Origin: a virus
Taxonomy: Duplodnaviria > Caudoviricetes
DNA length: 64,000 bases
IMG/VR virus record: IMGVR_UViG_3300032770_000022
Coordinates: 1,142-65,141 of that record
Reading direction: 5' to 3' (one strand)
A program made the translations under genes and the position numbers. Under the pieces are notes generated by a model. It did no database searches. It saw only the letters and a list, made by a program, of their open reading frames with translations, and was not told the origin of the DNA. Below are positions 36,737-45,324 of the stretch, one piece after another; position 1 is the first letter of the stretch, and each line of letters opens with the position of its first letter.

Positions 36737-37876
36737 ATGGCTGACAATTCGTCTTCGCTTGAGGCGAAGCTCGATGTGCTTGTCGCCGCGACGACGAAGA
36801 TCGGCGAGGCGGTGACCGCTCAGAACGCACGAATGGACTCGATCGAACAGCGGATCGGCGCCCGCAAGGACGACGATGACAAGCGCGATGATGACCGGAA
36901 GCGGGACGACGACGACGACCGCAAGGATCGCCGTCGCGATGACGATGACCGTCGCCGGGATGATGCGCGCCGCCGCGCCGATGCCTTCAAGTTCAGCCCA
37001 CGCAAGGACGACGATGACGACGACGCGTTCAAGAAGCGTCGCGATGCGGAACAGGGCGAGCTTGAGAAGGAGTTGAAGGAAGGCGGCGAGGACGAGGGCA
37101 AGGCGAAGGAGACCGCTGCCGACCGCCGCAAGAAGGCGGACGACGACGACGACAAAGCGCGCAAGGATGCGATGGACAAGAAGCGCGACGATGCGCGCAA
37201 GCGGGCGGACGCGTTCAAGTTCTCGCCCAGGCACGACGACGACGACGACGACAAGGCGAAGTCGCGCAGGGACGCCGAGGAGGAAGAACTCGCGAAGGCG
37301 CACGAGGAAGGCGGCGACGACAAGGACGACGCCCGCCGCAAGGCCAAAGATGCGCGCAAGAAGGCCGACGACGACGACGACAAGAAGCGGGACGACGCGC
37401 GCCGCGACAGCACGTTCGACCGCCGGCTGCGCGATCTGGAGCGCGCCCGCAGCATGTCCGACGAGGAAGTCAACAAGCTCGCGGAGATGCAGCAGTCGTG
37501 GGCCGAGGTCGCTCAGGCGCACGGCCTGACGGTGCACCGCACGGTCGACGGCGACACGCCGGAGAGCTTCAACCGCAGGCAGGCCAAGCGCTTCCAGAAG
37601 TTCTCCAAGAAGTGGAAGGACGAGGACCTCGGCGGGCTGCCGACCACGACGATGACCAACATCGCCGGGCCGGAAATCCGCACGGATTCGATCAAAGCCG
37701 CTTACCAGGGCGTCGGTGCCGAACCTGGAGTTTTACGGGAGATCAAGCGCTACGATCGAGTGGGCCGGCCGATAAGCGAGTTCAGCGGCCCGATCAGCGC
37801 GATGCTGGACCAGTTCAGCCTGCCGAACATGAAGGTCGTCGGCGGCATCAACCCGCAGCGCGCCGCCGGCTTCTGA
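36737..37876 (+). CDS. Capsid scaffold-like protein, D/K/R-rich with internal duplication
   Basis: Between protease and capsid genes; duplicated 'RADAFKFSPR..DDDDD..RRDAE' block. Confidence 0.7.
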   Translation: MADNSSSLEAKLDVLVAATTKIGEAVTAQNARMDSIEQRIGARKDDDDKRDDDRKRDDDDDRKDRRRDDDDRRRDDARRRADAFKFSPRKDDDDDDAFKKRRDAEQGELEKELKEGGEDEGKAKETAADRRKKADDDDDKARKDAMDKKRDDARKRADAFKFSPRHDDDDDDKAKSRRDAEEEELAKAHEEGGDDKDDARRKAKDARKKADDDDDKKRDDARRDSTFDRRLRDLERARSMSDEEVNKLAEMQQSWAEVAQAHGLTVHRTVDGDTPESFNRRQAKRFQKFSKKWKDEDLGGLPTTTMTNIAGPEIRTDSIKAAYQGVGAEPGVLREIKRYDRVGRPISEFSGPISAMLDQFSLPNMKVVGGINPQRAAGF

Positions 37877-37895
37877 GCATAGAAAGGGAAATCCA

Positions 37896-38777
37896 ATGGC
37901 TTCGAACATCTCCTTCAACCCTGTGCTCACCACGGTCGCGGCGGGCACGTTCACCGTCCAGACGGACGGATTCATGCAGGGCGTCTTCCTCGACGATCCC
38001 GCGATCAGGAACGAGCTGGTCCAGGGCATCTTGGCAACGACCGAGACGCTGCCGATGTGGGGCGGCATCGCGATCTATGAGAATATCCCCGGCGTCTCCG
38101 GCGGCCCGGCGGACAATCTCGGCTCGGTCATCGGCCGCGCCACGAGCAATGCGGCTATCGCTGGCTTCTCGACCTTCAACCAGGCGTCGAACTTCATCAC
38201 GACGCCGCAGAGCGAGGCGCCATCCGCTGGCCAGAGCATGTCGGTGCCGTACTTCCGGCTCGGCTCCGGCGCGCGCATCGCCGTGCAGTGCGATCCGGGC
38301 CTCGCCGCGCTTGAGGGCGCGACGACCAGCCCGCAGGTGTCCTGGGATATCAACAACCAGGTCTTGCAGGAGTACGTCGCCTCCGGCGCGACCGAGGCGG
38401 TTACGTCGATGACCTGGAGCGCCACCAACGGCGGGCAGATTGCCGTGGTGATGACTGGCGCATCGGTCTTCGGGCTGGGCGATCAGGTCTACGTGTCGGG
38501 CGCGACGAACACTGGCACCGGTGGCGCGTCTGCCGTCAACGGCAGGTTCGTGATCAACACCTGGACGGACACGACGCACTTCACGCTGCTCGCTCCCGCC
38601 GCCTCGGGCGTGATCGGCACGATCGGCGGCACGATCGTCCTGAACGTCGGCATCGGCGCTTTGGCTGTCAAAGTGCTGAGCCTACACCTCGGGAACAGCC
38701 GCACGATCCTGTACGATCCGGTGCAGAATTTCGTCCACTGGCAGAACGGCGGGAACGTCGCGATCATCCAACTCTGA
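37896..38777 (+). CDS. Capsid cement/decoration protein
   Basis: 'G..QG..LDDPAIR..L..G......PMWGGI.I.E', 'RLGSGARI.V'; precedes the MCP. Confidence 0.65.
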   Translation: MASNISFNPVLTTVAAGTFTVQTDGFMQGVFLDDPAIRNELVQGILATTETLPMWGGIAIYENIPGVSGGPADNLGSVIGRATSNAAIAGFSTFNQASNFITTPQSEAPSAGQSMSVPYFRLGSGARIAVQCDPGLAALEGATTSPQVSWDINNQVLQEYVASGATEAVTSMTWSATNGGQIAVVMTGASVFGLGDQVYVSGATNTGTGGASAVNGRFVINTWTDTTHFTLLAPAASGVIGTIGGTIVLNVGIGALAVKVLSLHLGNSRTILYDPVQNFVHWQNGGNVAIIQL

Positions 38778-38780
38778 AAC

Positions 38781-38898
38781 AAAACGGCTGGCTCCGAAGA
38801 ACCAGCCGTTTTTCCACTCCATGTCTCGCCCCGCCTCGGCTGGCCGTTTCCAGACGTGCCCAGCCCCGCCTCGCCTCCATGCCAACCCGGCTCGCGCC
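38781..38898 (-). ncRNA. GGY-NN pentamer guide array D with 3' hairpin
   Basis: Minus strand: 12 in-register pentamers (38875 to 38816) plus about 4 upstream, then AAAAACGGCTGGTTC-TTCG-GAGCCAGCCGTTTT. Confidence 0.8.
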
Positions 38899-38931
38899 AG
38901 GCGCGCTAGCCTTTAGCACAAGGATACCGAA

Positions 38932-39945
38932 ATGGCCACAATCAGCCCGAGCTGGACGCAGGTGCATCCGAGTTTCATCGAGCCGGACATCCTGCTTCAG
39001 TACAACCAGGCGTCCGGTTTCCGCTATCTCCTCGCCGGTTCGGAGCCTCGTACGAAAATCGGCAGCGAGGACCTCTACGTTTACATTAAGCGGATGGATA
39101 TACGCACGCGCGTCTCGTCCGCGCAGGCGGCGGGCAACCAGCTTCCGTCTGTCTCGGTGTCGATGAACATGATATCGACGCCGACCTATCTCGATCGGGT
39201 GCGCGCGGAGTACGACCACCACGACACGGCTGCGACCGCCGAGTGGGGCGCGTCCATCGTCGAGGTGCAGCGTCTTGGCATGCGGCAGGGATGCAACCAG
39301 CTCCTCCGCAACAAGACGCTGTATGGCCTCAATCCTGGCGAGGGGATCGTCAATACGCCCAGCGCGACCACCGTCTCGCTGCCGGCGGATACCAACGGCA
39401 ACACGACGTTCTCGACCTACGACAACGGGCAACTTGCGCTGTTCCTGTTGACGCAGATCACCGCGCTCAAGTCGCGCACGATGCAGTTCGGCATGCCCAA
39501 CCGGTTCCAGTTCCTCGGGCCGCAGCGCATCTTGGGCGGCATGGCGACGCAGAACATCGTGCAGCTTGTCCAGTACCAGCGGCCCGGCGCGGGCACCGAC
39601 ACGACGCGCGGGCTTGTCACGAAGGTCGAGGAGGAACAGGGCGACGAAATCCTGTGGACCTACGACGATACGCTGATCGGGAGGGGATCGGGCGGCACGG
39701 ACCTGATCATCCTGGCCATGCCAGAGGTGAGAAAGCCCACGGCATCGCCATTCAACACCAACGAGTTCGCCAATCTCGCGCCCGGGCTGGACGCGTGCCT
39801 GCTCCAGTACATCGACATGCCTGCGCCTCGGGAGATTCCAACGCCGCTGCCGGGCGGGGCGATTGATGTGGTGTCTGAATGGCGTTCGACATGCGGCTGG
39901 GCACCGAGGCCAGAAGCGGTTACACTGATCAGCATGGGCTTCTGA
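38932..39945 (+). CDS. Major capsid protein
   Basis: 337 aa, position after the cement gene, followed by a hairpin. Confidence 0.75.
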   Translation: MATISPSWTQVHPSFIEPDILLQYNQASGFRYLLAGSEPRTKIGSEDLYVYIKRMDIRTRVSSAQAAGNQLPSVSVSMNMISTPTYLDRVRAEYDHHDTAATAEWGASIVEVQRLGMRQGCNQLLRNKTLYGLNPGEGIVNTPSATTVSLPADTNGNTTFSTYDNGQLALFLLTQITALKSRTMQFGMPNRFQFLGPQRILGGMATQNIVQLVQYQRPGAGTDTTRGLVTKVEEEQGDEILWTYDDTLIGRGSGGTDLIILAMPEVRKPTASPFNTNEFANLAPGLDACLLQYIDMPAPREIPTPLPGGAIDVVSEWRSTCGWAPRPEAVTLISMGF

Positions 39946-39954
39946 ACAGGCGGG

Positions 39955-39972
39955 CGGCGGCTTCGGCCGCCT
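39955..39972 (+). terminator. GC hairpin after the MCP
   Basis: GGCGGC-TTCG-GCCGCC. Confidence 0.5.
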
Positions 39973-39988
39973 CCCCGAAAGGACCACC

Positions 39989-40546
39989 ATGCAGCTATAC
40001 ATCGCAAACCTCACCAGTCAGGATCACGACTTCACGTATCGTGTGCCGGCAGAGACCGGCTTCACGAAGCGTTTGCATATACAGAAGCTGCGAGCGGGCA
40101 TGCAGCAACTGATCCATACGGACGCGCCGCCGCAGGTGTTGGAGGCGATTGTAGACCAGCACCGGATATACGGTCTGGTGCCGGTAGCCGAAGCGACGAA
40201 GCGCAAGGGTTTCGTCGGGTTTTGCTACTCGTTCGACAAGCCGGTCAGCCTGGACGTGATGAAGTACTCGATCGATCACAACAAGGGCGTGCAGGACGAA
40301 AAGGCGCGGGAGAATCGCGAGATCGCTGCGATCGCCGTGGACCAGACGCTCCAGAGCGCGACGGTCGAGGCGCAGCGCCACGGCGTGCCGCTTCCTGCGC
40401 TGACCGGCATCGATGTGGAGTTCCTGGAGGACGAAGCCAACCCTACGTTCGCCGAGGCCATCCGCGTCGATCATGGAACGCAGCGCGCCGATGGGAAGCA
40501 GTTGCCGACCAGATCAGGTCGCTCAGGAAGGCGTGACCGCGCCTGA
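39989..40546 (+). CDS. Virion-module hypothetical protein
   Basis: AAAGGA RBS; 'LYIAN.T.Q.HDF.YR'. Confidence 0.6.
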   Translation: MQLYIANLTSQDHDFTYRVPAETGFTKRLHIQKLRAGMQQLIHTDAPPQVLEAIVDQHRIYGLVPVAEATKRKGFVGFCYSFDKPVSLDVMKYSIDHNKGVQDEKARENREIAAIAVDQTLQSATVEAQRHGVPLPALTGIDVEFLEDEANPTFAEAIRVDHGTQRADGKQLPTRSGRSGRRDRA

Positions 40547-40549
40547 TCC

Positions 40550-41014
40550 ATGTCCGGCTTCCTGACGCCGACGACGCCGAACCAGACGGACTACACCACG
40601 TTCCTGCGCGGGCACGTGGGCATCGGGCCGGACCCGCTGCCCGACGACAGCATGTGGATCACCACGACGCTCGCCATCGCTCAGGATGTGGTGAACGACC
40701 AACTCAATCAGGTACAGCCGATCATCTACACGCTGGCGGTCTACAACTACGCGGCCGACCGGCTGATCAACTTCGCGATCGACGTGGGCGGCCTGACCTA
40801 TTTCCGCGATCTGCGGTCGCAGTTGGGCATCAACGTATTCGCGGCCGGCGTCGTCGCCAGTTCGTCCGACCAGGGCACGTCGCAGTCGCTCGAAGTGCTT
40901 CGGTCGATGAAGGGCCTGACGATCGGCCAGATGCAGATGATGAAGACGATCTACGGGCGCCAGTATCTCGACTTCGCGCAGGCGTACGGGCCCAGTCCGT
41001 GGGGGCTAACGTGA
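40550..41014 (+). CDS. Head-tail adaptor (DUF4054-like)
   Basis: 'AGVVASSSDQGTS', 'T.YGRQYL'. Confidence 0.65.
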   Translation: MSGFLTPTTPNQTDYTTFLRGHVGIGPDPLPDDSMWITTTLAIAQDVVNDQLNQVQPIIYTLAVYNYAADRLINFAIDVGGLTYFRDLRSQLGINVFAAGVVASSSDQGTSQSLEVLRSMKGLTIGQMQMMKTIYGRQYLDFAQAYGPSPWGLT

Positions 41015-41211
41015 CCCGACGAAAAGGGCGATTGGGCCGAGCGGTGACTGTTTACTTGAGTGAGGATGCGATCGAGCGTCTCCGGGTTTTGGCCTTCGGT
41101 TTCCAGAAGCCTAGCCGAAGCGCCACCGTCGAGCACTTGGTCCAGATTATGCCGAAGCCGCCAATTCCTCGCGCGGACACGACCGGACCGACCAGATCGG
41201 GCCTGACCTGA
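41011..41211 (+). CDS. Ribbon-helix-helix-like small protein
   Basis: 'VTVYLSEDAIERLR.LA.....SRSATVEHLV'. Confidence 0.5.
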   Translation: MTRRKGRLGRAVTVYLSEDAIERLRVLAFGFQKPSRSATVEHLVQIMPKPPIPRADTTGPTRSGLT

Positions 41212-41549
41212 TGGCGGGATTCCAATGGCCATGGGCTACGCCGGCCCAACTAGCGGCGCTACAATCGCAAGTCACAACCCTAGCAGCACAGGTGAAAGCC
41301 ATGTCCGACACATTCGCCAACGAACTCGCCACCCTCGGGACCGACGTGACCGCCCTGACCGCAGCCGTGACGGCCGCGACCAATGAGATGAACGCGCTCG
41401 TGCAGCAGATCGCCGCAGGGGGCGGGGCGCCCACAGCGGACCAGCTCGCCCAGATGGCGACGCTCAACAGCAACATCGCCGCCGCCACCTCCGCGCTCAA
41501 TGCGGCCGTCGCCGCCGCCACCACACCGGCGGCACCGCCTGCCGCTTGA
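41211..41549 (+). CDS. Ala-rich coiled-coil protein
   Basis: Heptad pattern. Confidence 0.55.
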   Translation: MAGFQWPWATPAQLAALQSQVTTLAAQVKAMSDTFANELATLGTDVTALTAAVTAATNEMNALVQQIAAGGGAPTADQLAQMATLNSNIAAATSALNAAVAAATTPAAPPAA

Positions 41550-41555
41550 AACGGC

Positions 41556-41966
41556 GTGGGCATCCTTACCCCACACCTGATCTACAACGGCGTCGCCAGC
41601 TATCCGCTGAACGGCCAACTCAACCCGGCCGTCAGCACGCCGTTTCCATCCTCGCAGGTGGTGCGTGCCCGGCTGTCCGTCGTCGCGTTCGGCGTGGCCC
41701 AGGTCGATGTCATGGTCATCAGCAAGACGGGCGTTGACCTCGGCACCTACGGCGCGCTGATCGAGGCACACGATTTCCACCCGCACGGGTTCTCGCCGGG
41801 GCAGTACGCGAACCCAGCATGGGGACCGGGTTTCAGCGGCATGTGGATCAGCGAGCAGACGGTGGACTTCGGCGTCAACGCGGTGATGGCGGACACGTTC
41901 GACGTGTATGCCTACGGGGCTTCCGGCTCGTTCAACATCGGGCTGGTCGTCTGGACCTCGCCATGA
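41556..41966 (+). CDS. Hypothetical beta-rich protein
   Basis: High-GC3 ORF. Confidence 0.55.
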   Translation: MGILTPHLIYNGVASYPLNGQLNPAVSTPFPSSQVVRARLSVVAFGVAQVDVMVISKTGVDLGTYGALIEAHDFHPHGFSPGQYANPAWGPGFSGMWISEQTVDFGVNAVMADTFDVYAYGASGSFNIGLVVWTSP

Positions 41967-42205
41967 CGACGCTCCGCAGGCGTGGCTTCTTGTCTGGCCT
42001 GACAGCATTGGCCGCGCCGGCTATCATCCGCACACCTGGACTGCTGATGCCTGTTTCCAGCGGTCCGTTCTTGTCCTTCAATCAGGAAATGGGCCTGTTG
42101 TCCTTCGATGAAATAGTCGCGTGGCTTGAACGGATGGCGCAGCAATCGCTCATGGAAGCGCTGTCGAGCAGTTCGCAGATACCTGTCCGGTATCTGATGC
42201 CATGA
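41963..42205 (+). CDS. Small protein with twin-Arg-like N-terminus
   Basis: 'LRRRGFLSGL.ALAAPAIIRTPGLLMPV'. Confidence 0.5.
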   Translation: MTTLRRRGFLSGLTALAAPAIIRTPGLLMPVSSGPFLSFNQEMGLLSFDEIVAWLERMAQQSLMEALSSSSQIPVRYLMP

Positions 42206-42636
42206 CCGTGCTTCACCTAGGCGTCGTGGACATGCCCTATGCGGGCAAGGGCTCGACCACGACCGGGGACGTCGCCGAAATCCTGGAGGCGAAATACGCG
42301 CTGTTCCAGGTGTTCTGGGACATCCATCAGGCGGTGATCCAGCACGACATCGAAAACTCGCTGGGCGGTGCGTTGGAGACGATGATCCAGAATCCCGGAG
42401 GCACGCACTCCGTCGCCAGGGCGCTCGCGTCGGCCACCAGCGACATCGAGACGCTGTTCAGGGACGCGATCGACAAGCAGACCTACGACCACCGCATCCG
42501 CGGCGTGCCGACGCAGGCGGCGTTGAACGGCGTCAAGCACAGCCTCAAGCATCCGTATGCCAAGCGCGGACCCAGGCCCAGCTTCTATGACACAGGACTC
42601 CTGGCATCCTCGATGAGGGCTTGGGTGGAAGACTGA
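42202..42636 (+). CDS. Neck/tail completion protein
   Basis: 'LHLGVVDMPY', 'RPSFYDTGLL..SMRAWVE'. Confidence 0.6.
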   Translation: MTVLHLGVVDMPYAGKGSTTTGDVAEILEAKYALFQVFWDIHQAVIQHDIENSLGGALETMIQNPGGTHSVARALASATSDIETLFRDAIDKQTYDHRIRGVPTQAALNGVKHSLKHPYAKRGPRPSFYDTGLLASSMRAWVED

Positions 42637-42715
42637 GGTGCTGTAAAATGACGGGGCCTGATCGGTGCGCCACACCGACCCGGCCCCTGACCCGACGACC
42701 TGATGGAGCAGATCG

Positions 42716-43306
42716 GTGGCTGACAGCACGTTACATCATTTCTACGTCTACGTCTTGTTCCGCCCGAATGGCATCCCTTGCTATGTCGGGAAAGGATCCG
42801 GCAACCGTTGGCAGCGGCAAAGTCGATATCCGCACAGTTCGCATCTCCGCCATATCGTTAGACAGGCCGGGGGTGAATTGCCTGTCGTTCTTGTTCGCGA
42901 AGGAGTGTCGGAACGTGAAGCCTATCTGACCGAGACCGCTTTGATAGCGGTCCTTGGTTTGGAGCGGGATGGCGGTCTACTGGTCAATCATGGCTTGGGT
43001 GGAGAAGGTGGCCCCCATGGTGTCCGCCACTCTGATGAGCAGAAGGCGAAGCGTTCCGCTGATGCGAAGGCGATGTGGGCGGACCCAGAGAAACGGGCGC
43101 AGATCATCGCGAAACAACAGGGGAACCGGAACAGCAAGAAGCCGCACACTCTGACGCCGGAATGGCGACAGAAGCTAACCGAAAAGATGAAAGGAAATAC
43201 TGCGACTCTCGGGATGCGTTTCCCTGGGAAAGCGCTTTTCTCAGAGCACCGAGCCAAGTTATCAGCTTCAAGGCGTGCCAAGGCGAGGCAACTATGGTTG
43301 TTTTGA
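42716..43306 (+). CDS. GIY-YIG homing endonuclease 1
   Basis: 'FYVYVLFR..G.PCYVGKG...R', 'EAY..E..LI', 'LVNHGLGGEG', NUMOD3-like tails. Confidence 0.85.
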   Translation: MADSTLHHFYVYVLFRPNGIPCYVGKGSGNRWQRQSRYPHSSHLRHIVRQAGGELPVVLVREGVSEREAYLTETALIAVLGLERDGGLLVNHGLGGEGGPHGVRHSDEQKAKRSADAKAMWADPEKRAQIIAKQQGNRNSKKPHTLTPEWRQKLTEKMKGNTATLGMRFPGKALFSEHRAKLSASRRAKARQLWLF

Positions 43307-43334
43307 GCTTCCGCGCCTGGGTGGAGGACTGACC

Positions 43335-43616
43335 ATGGCCATCAAGAAAGGTTCCAGCGGACCGCAATGGCCCGACGAGACGATCGCGCGGTTGCGTGCG
43401 CTGTGGGAGGAAGGGCTGTCGGAGAACGAAATCGGCCGCAGGCTTGGCAAATCGAAGAACGCTGTCGTCGGCAAGGTCCATCGGCTCGATCCTCCGGTCA
43501 CGCCGCGACCGTCGCCGATCAAGCGAAGCAAACCGTATCCCGAGGCACGCCAAGCCAAGGTCCAGCCGGTGCGCGTCGGCAAGGTGTCGCTTCCGCCGCT
43601 GCCGTCGGTCGCGTAG
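43335..43616 (+). CDS. GcrA-family cell-cycle regulator (N-terminal HTH domain)
   Basis: 'WPDETIARLRALWEEGLS..EIGRRLGKSKNAVVGKVHRL'. Confidence 0.8.
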   Translation: MAIKKGSSGPQWPDETIARLRALWEEGLSENEIGRRLGKSKNAVVGKVHRLDPPVTPRPSPIKRSKPYPEARQAKVQPVRVGKVSLPPLPSVA

Positions 43617-43667
43617 TCCCGCCAGACATAGTCAGGGCGGCCCGTAGACGATCCTGGAGGCCGCTCC

Positions 43668-44942
43668 ATGCCGACACTGGACGAACTGTCCGGCCTGCCG
43701 CCGGAGGACCTGTACGCGGCCCTGGCGGCCGGCCTCGACGATCTATCCAAGCACAAGCGCGTCCACTTCGGCGTCTACACGCGCACGGTCCTTCCCCTGG
43801 ACGGCTACGTGTTCTGGCTGCGCTCCGGTTCCTACAGCGCGACCGGCGTCGTCCACCACACGGCAGAGCGGTCGCAGGACGAGGACGAGACCTACGCGCA
43901 GGACAGTATCGTCTTCACGACCAAGCAGCCGCTCGTCGAACTGAACGCGTCGAACACGCAGACGCTGCTGGTGGGAGAGGTCGAGGGCGTCAAATACGCG
44001 TTCCGCACGCACGGGTGGTTCTTCGCGCAGGCGGGCATCTGGCACTACACCGGCATGTCGGTGCGCGCGGCGAAGGCGATCCAACTGATCGACAATCCAG
44101 CGCAGTTCGACGCGAACGCGCTGATCGTCTCCAACAGCCTGCCGTCCTGGCTGGCGCTCGCCACCTACAGCCCGGAGTGGCTGATCCCGCCGAATCCCGG
44201 CATCCCGCTGTTCCCGTCCTTCCTGGTGCCGGACAACCTATCGCCGCCCTACGGGGCCATCCACATCGAGGAAGCGGAGACCAGGGCCATCCAGGGCGTG
44301 CCGTGGCTGCGCGCCGTGGGCACGCCTGGGACCGCGCCGACGCAGCACACGCAGCTAGCGTCCGACCGTGTGCGCGTGACGCTCTGGGGCTGCGACAACC
44401 CGACCGCGCTCGCGTTCCTCGATCTGGTGCTGAGCTACTCGCGAGACACCGACGCGATCGGCCTGATGAACACGCCCATCGTGCGCGACGGCAAGCGGAC
44501 GTGGCCGGAGGGCATGATCCTCGGCCAGCACAAGACGATCGAATTCGAGGTCAGCTACCTACAGGCGGCGCAGTATGCCGTGGCCGACCAGCTCGTGTTG
44601 CAGGCCGCAGCGACCGTGCAGGCGTTCGACACGACGGGTCCAGGCCCGTCGCTGACGGGATCGTTCGTGATCCCGAGCCAGTTCCCGCAGGCGCTGCCTT
44701 CGGGCGCGCGGATCACCGGAGCGATGTTCCAGACGGTGATTGGCACCGCCACGGTGGAGGTCGGCACCACACCAGGCGGCAATGATGTGCTCGCCGGCGT
44801 CGTGCTCGACGGGACGCCGATTACCCTGCCGCAGTCGTCGTTCCTTCAAACGACGTTCCCGACCGAGCAGGAGTTGTTCGTCTCGGCGATCGACGGCTTC
44901 GGCAACGCGCTGGTCGAGGCGACGATCTTCTACAACCCATAG
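43668..44942 (+). CDS. Head-closure/tail-terminator-like virion protein
   Basis: Position before sheath; 'VLPLDGYVFW', 'IVSNSLP.WL'. Confidence 0.55.
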   Translation: MPTLDELSGLPPEDLYAALAAGLDDLSKHKRVHFGVYTRTVLPLDGYVFWLRSGSYSATGVVHHTAERSQDEDETYAQDSIVFTTKQPLVELNASNTQTLLVGEVEGVKYAFRTHGWFFAQAGIWHYTGMSVRAAKAIQLIDNPAQFDANALIVSNSLPSWLALATYSPEWLIPPNPGIPLFPSFLVPDNLSPPYGAIHIEEAETRAIQGVPWLRAVGTPGTAPTQHTQLASDRVRVTLWGCDNPTALAFLDLVLSYSRDTDAIGLMNTPIVRDGKRTWPEGMILGQHKTIEFEVSYLQAAQYAVADQLVLQAAATVQAFDTTGPGPSLTGSFVIPSQFPQALPSGARITGAMFQTVIGTATVEVGTTPGGNDVLAGVVLDGTPITLPQSSFLQTTFPTEQELFVSAIDGFGNALVEATIFYNP

Positions 44943-44960
44943 ACCACAAGGAGACTACCG

Positions 44961-45287
44961 ATGCCCCAAAGCCCGATCCCCGTTCAGGCTGTCATCACCG
45001 ATGGCACGCGCAGCACACTCAACGTCAACGCCGCCGGAGTGATCAAGGCGTCGCCCGGCCGGCTGGCGAAGATCACGGTCGGCGGCACGGTGGGAACCGG
45101 CGGCTCGTACACGTTCAACGATTGCACGACCACGGCTGCGGCTGCGGCGGCGAACCAGATATTCACCACGGCCGGGACGCTCGCGGTGGGATCGGTGATC
45201 GACCTCAACGTGCCGTGTCTGTCCGGCATCACGCTGTCGGCATTCGCGACCGGCGGCGCGCCCACGCTCGCGATCTTCTGGGAATAA
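44961..45287 (+). CDS. Small virion protein
   Basis: AAGGAG RBS; beta-rich. Confidence 0.55.
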   Translation: MPQSPIPVQAVITDGTRSTLNVNAAGVIKASPGRLAKITVGGTVGTGGSYTFNDCTTTAAAAAANQIFTTAGTLAVGSVIDLNVPCLSGITLSAFATGGAPTLAIFWE

Positions 45288-45324
45288 CGCGCGCATCCTG
45301 GCCCTCTGACGGGGAGACATCGAC

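Noticed and set aside
36860-37420. GAC/GAT-rich repeats as another array
   Set aside because: The periodicity is 3 nt, in frame with a D/K/R-rich scaffold protein, so this is coding low complexity.
39955-39972. A fifth guide array at the GGCGGC-TTCG-GCCGCC hairpin after the MCP
   Set aside because: The hairpin resembles the array terminators, but no pentamer tract precedes it.
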